A DNA stretch of 64,000 bases from Minisyncoccota bacterium. GTDB taxonomy: Bacteria > Patescibacteriota > Minisyncoccia > Phycocordibacterales > JBAYGS01. The DNA lies in NCBI GenBank assembly GCA_041666545.1, contig JBAYGS010000004.1, positions 8,610 through 72,609 of the forward strand. The letters are read 5' to 3'. Below the pieces are notes generated by a model, which had not been told where the DNA came from, did no database searches, and saw only the letters and a list, made by a program, of their open reading frames with translations. Below are positions 60,233 to 64,000 of this stretch, piece by piece (position 1 is the stretch's first letter; every line of letters begins with the position of its first letter). The translations under genes were made by a program, and so were the position numbers.

Positions 60233-60964
60233 ATGAATCAAGACAGGAAAAAATACAATATTCTCGGTGTTATTCCGGCTAGGGGCCAGTCTAAAGGTTT
60301 GCCTGGGAAAAATATTAAAAAATTGGCCGGTAAGCCGATGATTGCTTATACTATCGAGGCGGCTAAGAAAAGCCAGTTGATCAGTCATCTGATTGTTTCT
60401 ACTGATGATAAAAAAATTGCCGCCATCTCTAAAAAATATGGAGTCGAGGTGCCATTTTTACGTCCGGCCGAATTGGCCAAAGATGACACGCCACAGTTGC
60501 CGGTTATGCAGCACGCTATCAACTTTATGGAGCAGCGCGAAGGACTTAAGTTTGATTACATTGTCATTTTGCAACCAACCTCACCTTTGAAAACTGTCGA
60601 GATAATTGATGGCACTCTCGATGAGCTGATTAAGTCAGGCGCCGACAGCGCAGTTTCAATTGCCGAAGTCCGATCTAATCATCCGATTAAAATTAAAAAA
60701 TTTGAAAATGGCAAAGTGATTCCTTTTTGTCTGCCGGAGCCGGAAGGTTTGAGGCGCCAAGATTTCCCCAAAGCCTACAAACGAAGCAGTGATGCTTACG
60801 CGATGAAGCGTGACACGATTATGGTTAAGAACCGCTTGTACGGCGATAATATTGCCGGTTTTGTGGTTGATTCGGAATTTGTCGTTGATATCGATTCCCA
60901 GGAAGATTTTCTGGTGGCGGAGTATAAGCTCAAAAAGTTTCAAGGAGAGCGCCTCAGGACTTAA
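60233..60964 (+). CDS. neuA: Acylneuraminate cytidylyltransferase
   Basis: IPARGQSKGLPGKN, STDD, RPAELA.D, LQPTSP and DID motifs. Confidence 0.92.
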   Translation: MNQDRKKYNILGVIPARGQSKGLPGKNIKKLAGKPMIAYTIEAAKKSQLISHLIVSTDDKKIAAISKKYGVEVPFLRPAELAKDDTPQLPVMQHAINFMEQREGLKFDYIVILQPTSPLKTVEIIDGTLDELIKSGADSAVSIAEVRSNHPIKIKKFENGKVIPFCLPEPEGLRRQDFPKAYKRSSDAYAMKRDTIMVKNRLYGDNIAGFVVDSEFVVDIDSQEDFLVAEYKLKKFQGERLRT

Positions 60965-60992
60965 TCTAAAATTTCTGCTAAAATCGATTTCT

Positions 60993-61718
60993 ATGAAAGA
61001 TAACCTTGTTGTCGGAGGGGGCGAAGTCGGGTCGGCTATCAATAGCATCTTAAAAGGATCGGAAATTTTTGATATCGATCCGACTAAGAATTCGGTCAGC
61101 CAAAAGAGATACCTAAATTTGCACATCTGCTTTCCTTACAATAGGGATTTTGTGAAAAGCGTACAGAAGTATCAAAAACAGTTTAAACCGAGTCTGACAA
61201 TTATCCACTCAACAGTTCCACTGGGGACGTCGGATAAACTTAAAGCCGTCCACTCTCCAGTGAGGGGTATCCATCCCCATTTGGCTAAGAGTTTGAAAAT
61301 TTTTCCCAAGTTTTTCGGCGGACCCAAAGCGAGATTGGCCGCAGAAATTTTCGATCGCGTCGGAGTAAAAATTCTCTGCACCCCGAAGGCCGAGACGACT
61401 GAAGCGATGAAGCTTTGGGATACCACGATCTACGGTCTCAACATCATTTTGGAAAAAGAAATCCATAAATTTTGCGAAGACAATTCGGTTGATTTTGATG
61501 TTGTCTATACTAAGGCCAATCAAAGCTATAACGCCGGCTATCGAATCTTGGGTCGGCCGGAGTATCAAAAGTATGTTTTGTCGCATGTGCCGGGGGGAGT
61601 GGGCGGTCACTGTGTCATCGCCAATGCTGAGTTGCTAAAATCTACCTCTGCCAAGCGATTGGTCAAAGAAAATGCCGAGTTTGTCAAAGCTAAATCACGT
61701 AGATCTAAGTCCAAGTAG
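60993..61718 (+). CDS. Short UDP-glucose/GDP-mannose dehydrogenase family protein
   Basis: VVGGGEVG, HSTVP.GT, EAMKL and GGHC motifs; no C-terminal domain. Confidence 0.7.
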   Translation: MKDNLVVGGGEVGSAINSILKGSEIFDIDPTKNSVSQKRYLNLHICFPYNRDFVKSVQKYQKQFKPSLTIIHSTVPLGTSDKLKAVHSPVRGIHPHLAKSLKIFPKFFGGPKARLAAEIFDRVGVKILCTPKAETTEAMKLWDTTIYGLNIILEKEIHKFCEDNSVDFDVVYTKANQSYNAGYRILGRPEYQKYVLSHVPGGVGGHCVIANAELLKSTSAKRLVKENAEFVKAKSRRSKSK

Positions 61719-61757
61719 GCTTACCTGCAGCCGGTTGGTTTAGAGTTAAAATTTATT

Positions 61758-62723
61758 ATGTCTCTTTCGACAGACGAAAATCATATCATCGTCAATTATC
61801 ATTATGTGGAGGATCCGCGAGATGATCTTTCCGGTGTTCATCCCTGCACGCCAAAAGAATTTGAGAGGCAAGTAAAATTCTTGTCCGAAAATTACAAAAT
61901 AGTCTCGGTAGGGGAGGTGCTGGAAGCTACGCGTTTGGATGTCAGTCGTGGTGCCAAGCCGACGGTTGCCGGTAATCCGAGTCGGTTCTGTGCCATAACT
62001 TTTGATGACGGTCTGCAAAACCAATTTCAATATGCGGCACCGATTTTGGAAAAGTACGGGGCGACAGCGACTTTTTTTGTTATCACCAGTACCTTTTCCG
62101 GGACGGTTCCTTCAGCCCATAAAATTCACGTGGTGCTTTCGGCTGCTTCAACCGAGAAACTGATTGATATGTTCAACGAGTTTTTGATCAGGACCTATCC
62201 TGATCTAGAGGCACAGCATTTTATTCCTAAAGATCGACGCATCACAATGCGGCGTAAATATGACAGCTTGCTTGATGCCAACTTCAAAGAGACTTTGATT
62301 GTTGTTCCGTCGGAAGTTCGTGACGCTTTTTTAATTGAGGCTTTTGACAAATTTGGGCTTGATGAGTCGACCGTTAATCAGATGCTTTTTATGAAAGAGG
62401 CGGAAATCAGCGATCTGGCCAGTCGGGGTTTTTTTATTGAAAATCATACCCATGAGCACGGTTCTCTGGAGCAGGTTTCAGTCGAAGCCCTAACGGCCGA
62501 TCTCGAAACTGCCAACTCGATCTTACATAAATTGTTGGGTCGACGGCCGACGGTGATTTCTTATCCGCATGGCCGTTTTGACGAACGGATTCGCGATGTG
62601 ATTGTTAAGGCCGGTTTAAAATACGGTGTGACAATCGAGCCACGTTCAGTTTCATCAAAAGACGATTCTTTTTTGATACCCCGTTACGATACTAACGATT
62701 TAAAGAAATATATAAACCAATGA
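61758..62723 (+). CDS. Polysaccharide deacetylase family protein
   Basis: YHYV, ITFDDG, HTHEH and SYPHG motifs. Confidence 0.88.
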   Translation: MSLSTDENHIIVNYHYVEDPRDDLSGVHPCTPKEFERQVKFLSENYKIVSVGEVLEATRLDVSRGAKPTVAGNPSRFCAITFDDGLQNQFQYAAPILEKYGATATFFVITSTFSGTVPSAHKIHVVLSAASTEKLIDMFNEFLIRTYPDLEAQHFIPKDRRITMRRKYDSLLDANFKETLIVVPSEVRDAFLIEAFDKFGLDESTVNQMLFMKEAEISDLASRGFFIENHTHEHGSLEQVSVEALTADLETANSILHKLLGRRPTVISYPHGRFDERIRDVIVKAGLKYGVTIEPRSVSSKDDSFLIPRYDTNDLKKYINQ

Positions 62724-63049
62724 ATATCGGCGTTGATTTGGTCGCAATCAAAAAATTCCATAAAATCAAGGCTCACGACTATAAACACTGGTCAAGAGTT
62801 TTTTCGATGTTAGAGTGGGAGTATGCTTTCAAGGATGGCTTATCTGCTTCGCACTTGGCCGGCATCTTCGCCGCCAAGGAAGCGGCGATGAAAGCTACCG
62901 GTTTGGTAGGAGTGGAGAATTATCGTAAGTTTGAGGTTCGCCATGATAAACTGGGGGCTCCGAAACTTAATTTAAAAGGTTCTAAACTGAGCCTTTCTCA
63001 TGATCAGGGGTTGGCGATTGCGTTTGTTCTAGCCTCGACTAAAAAATAG
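62720..63049 (+). CDS. acpS: Holo-ACP synthase (AcpS-type phosphopantetheinyl transferase)
   Basis: IGVDLV, FAAKEAAMKA, GAP and SLSHD motifs. Confidence 0.88.
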   Translation: MNIGVDLVAIKKFHKIKAHDYKHWSRVFSMLEWEYAFKDGLSASHLAGIFAAKEAAMKATGLVGVENYRKFEVRHDKLGAPKLNLKGSKLSLSHDQGLAIAFVLASTKK

Positions 63050-63053
63050 GCTT

Positions 63054-64000
63054 ATGTCTTTTCGTGATTTACAAATGAAGATCGGAGAATTAATTTCCAG
63101 TCGGACTGCTACGGTGGCTGACTATTTAAAGATTTCAAAGGAGATAGTGCCCGCCGGTGAATTTCCGTTTTATTTTCGCCAGATCAAAGCCGCTTTTTTG
63201 AGCAGTTACACGATTCAAGGATTACCGGAGGTGTTTCAGGTTCGAGGTGTTTTTCATAATTTAAAGATCAGCACTTACACTGCTCCTTACGCGCAGATTA
63301 GTCAGGAAATTTTAAATCAAGCAAGCGAACTTTATAAGTTTAATCCGGACATTGTTTACATTTTGGCGGAGCAGAAAGATTTTCTCGGTGATGGCCATTT
63401 GGCTCAGCTGGTCGAAACCTTAAAGGAGAAGACTGAGGCAGAAGTAATTCTGGTTTTGGCGGGCGGGGAAAACCGGGGCAGGGAGAGGCTGCACATTTTT
63501 GACTTCGAATCTTTTTTGGACAAAATTGGTCGTGCGGGAAATTGGTATACCAAATTCAAAGACTTGGGTGATCTGCGGTTGGCGCCACAAGCGTTTCCGG
63601 TTCTTGCTGAGTCCCTCTTGGCTTACGCGGTGGCATCGGCCGGCAACAACAAGAAATGCCTGGTAGTTGATTTAGACAATACCCTCTGGACCGGCGTGGC
63701 TGGTGAGGATGGGCCGCGAAAAGTCGTGCCAAACCAAAAGCTCCAGGAACATCTGCTCGGACTCTATAAGCGGGGTGTAGTCCTGGCGATTAACAGCAAA
63801 AATAATCCGGAAGATGCTTTTGAGGTAATTGATAATCATCCAGAGATGATTTTGCGTCGGGATCATTTTGCCGCTTGGCGGATTAACTGGAATAATAAAG
63901 ATTCAAATTTAATTGAGCTTAGCGAGGAGATGTCTCTGGGAACCGCTAGTTTTGCTTTTATTGATGATGATCCACTTAATCTCGGACTAGTGAGATCGAA
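63054..64000 (+). CDS. FkbH-like HAD-IIIC protein (runs off the window end)
   Basis: Manual translation gives KKCLVVDLDNTLW.G, SKNN, HPEM, INW..K and FIDD motifs. Confidence 0.88.
   Translation, partial: MSFRDLQMKIGELISSRTATVADYLKISKEIVPAGEFPFYFRQIKAAFLSSYTIQGLPEVFQVRGVFHNLKISTYTAPYAQISQEILNQASELYKFNPDIVYILAEQKDFLGDGHLAQLVETLKEKTEAEVILVLAGGENRGRERLHIFDFESFLDKIGRAGNWYTKFKDLGDLRLAPQAFPVLAESLLAYAVASAGNNKKCLVVDLDNTLWTGVAGEDGPRKVVPNQKLQEHLLGLYKRGVVLAINSKNNPEDAFEVIDNHPEMILRRDHFAAWRINWNNKDSNLIELSEEMSLGTASFAFIDDDPLNLGLVRS

Noticed and set aside
61956-61987. Possible hairpin insertion in the deacetylase gene
   Set aside because: Imperfect stem with no second copy in the window; needs an ortholog alignment.

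Overview
The window looks like part of a Patescibacteria (CPR, Parcubacteria-like) chromosome, judged from the 16S signatures and gene content. It has three parts. (1) 1-8.5 kb: a priming sugar transferase, secD-secF and a stand-alone 16S rRNA gene of about 3.6 kb with no linked 23S. The 16S carries four insertions: two ~130-145 nt hairpin IVSs with near-identical cruciform arms, a group I intron, and a group II intron encoding a LAGLIDADG nuclease instead of a reverse transcriptase. Its 3' tail lacks the canonical anti-Shine-Dalgarno. (2) 8.5-30 kb: housekeeping genes (tRNA-Ile, pyk, murD, murC, rsmI, a VirD4/HerA-like ATPase) alternate with about a dozen orphan genes, most with their own sigma70-like promoter and intrinsic terminator and often an AAAGG SD-like motif. 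This part also holds a 33-bp dispersed repeat family, a small HTH gene bracketed by two copies of a 30-bp palindrome, a tRNA nested between fragments of itself, and heptamer or palindromic micro-insertions inside essential ORFs. (3) 28-64 kb: a very large surface-glycan locus with many GT4s, methyltransferases, four paralogous TagF-like GT-B proteins, asnB, a flippase, neuBCA, acpS and a partial FkbH. All calls come from reading motifs by eye; no database search or folding program was run.
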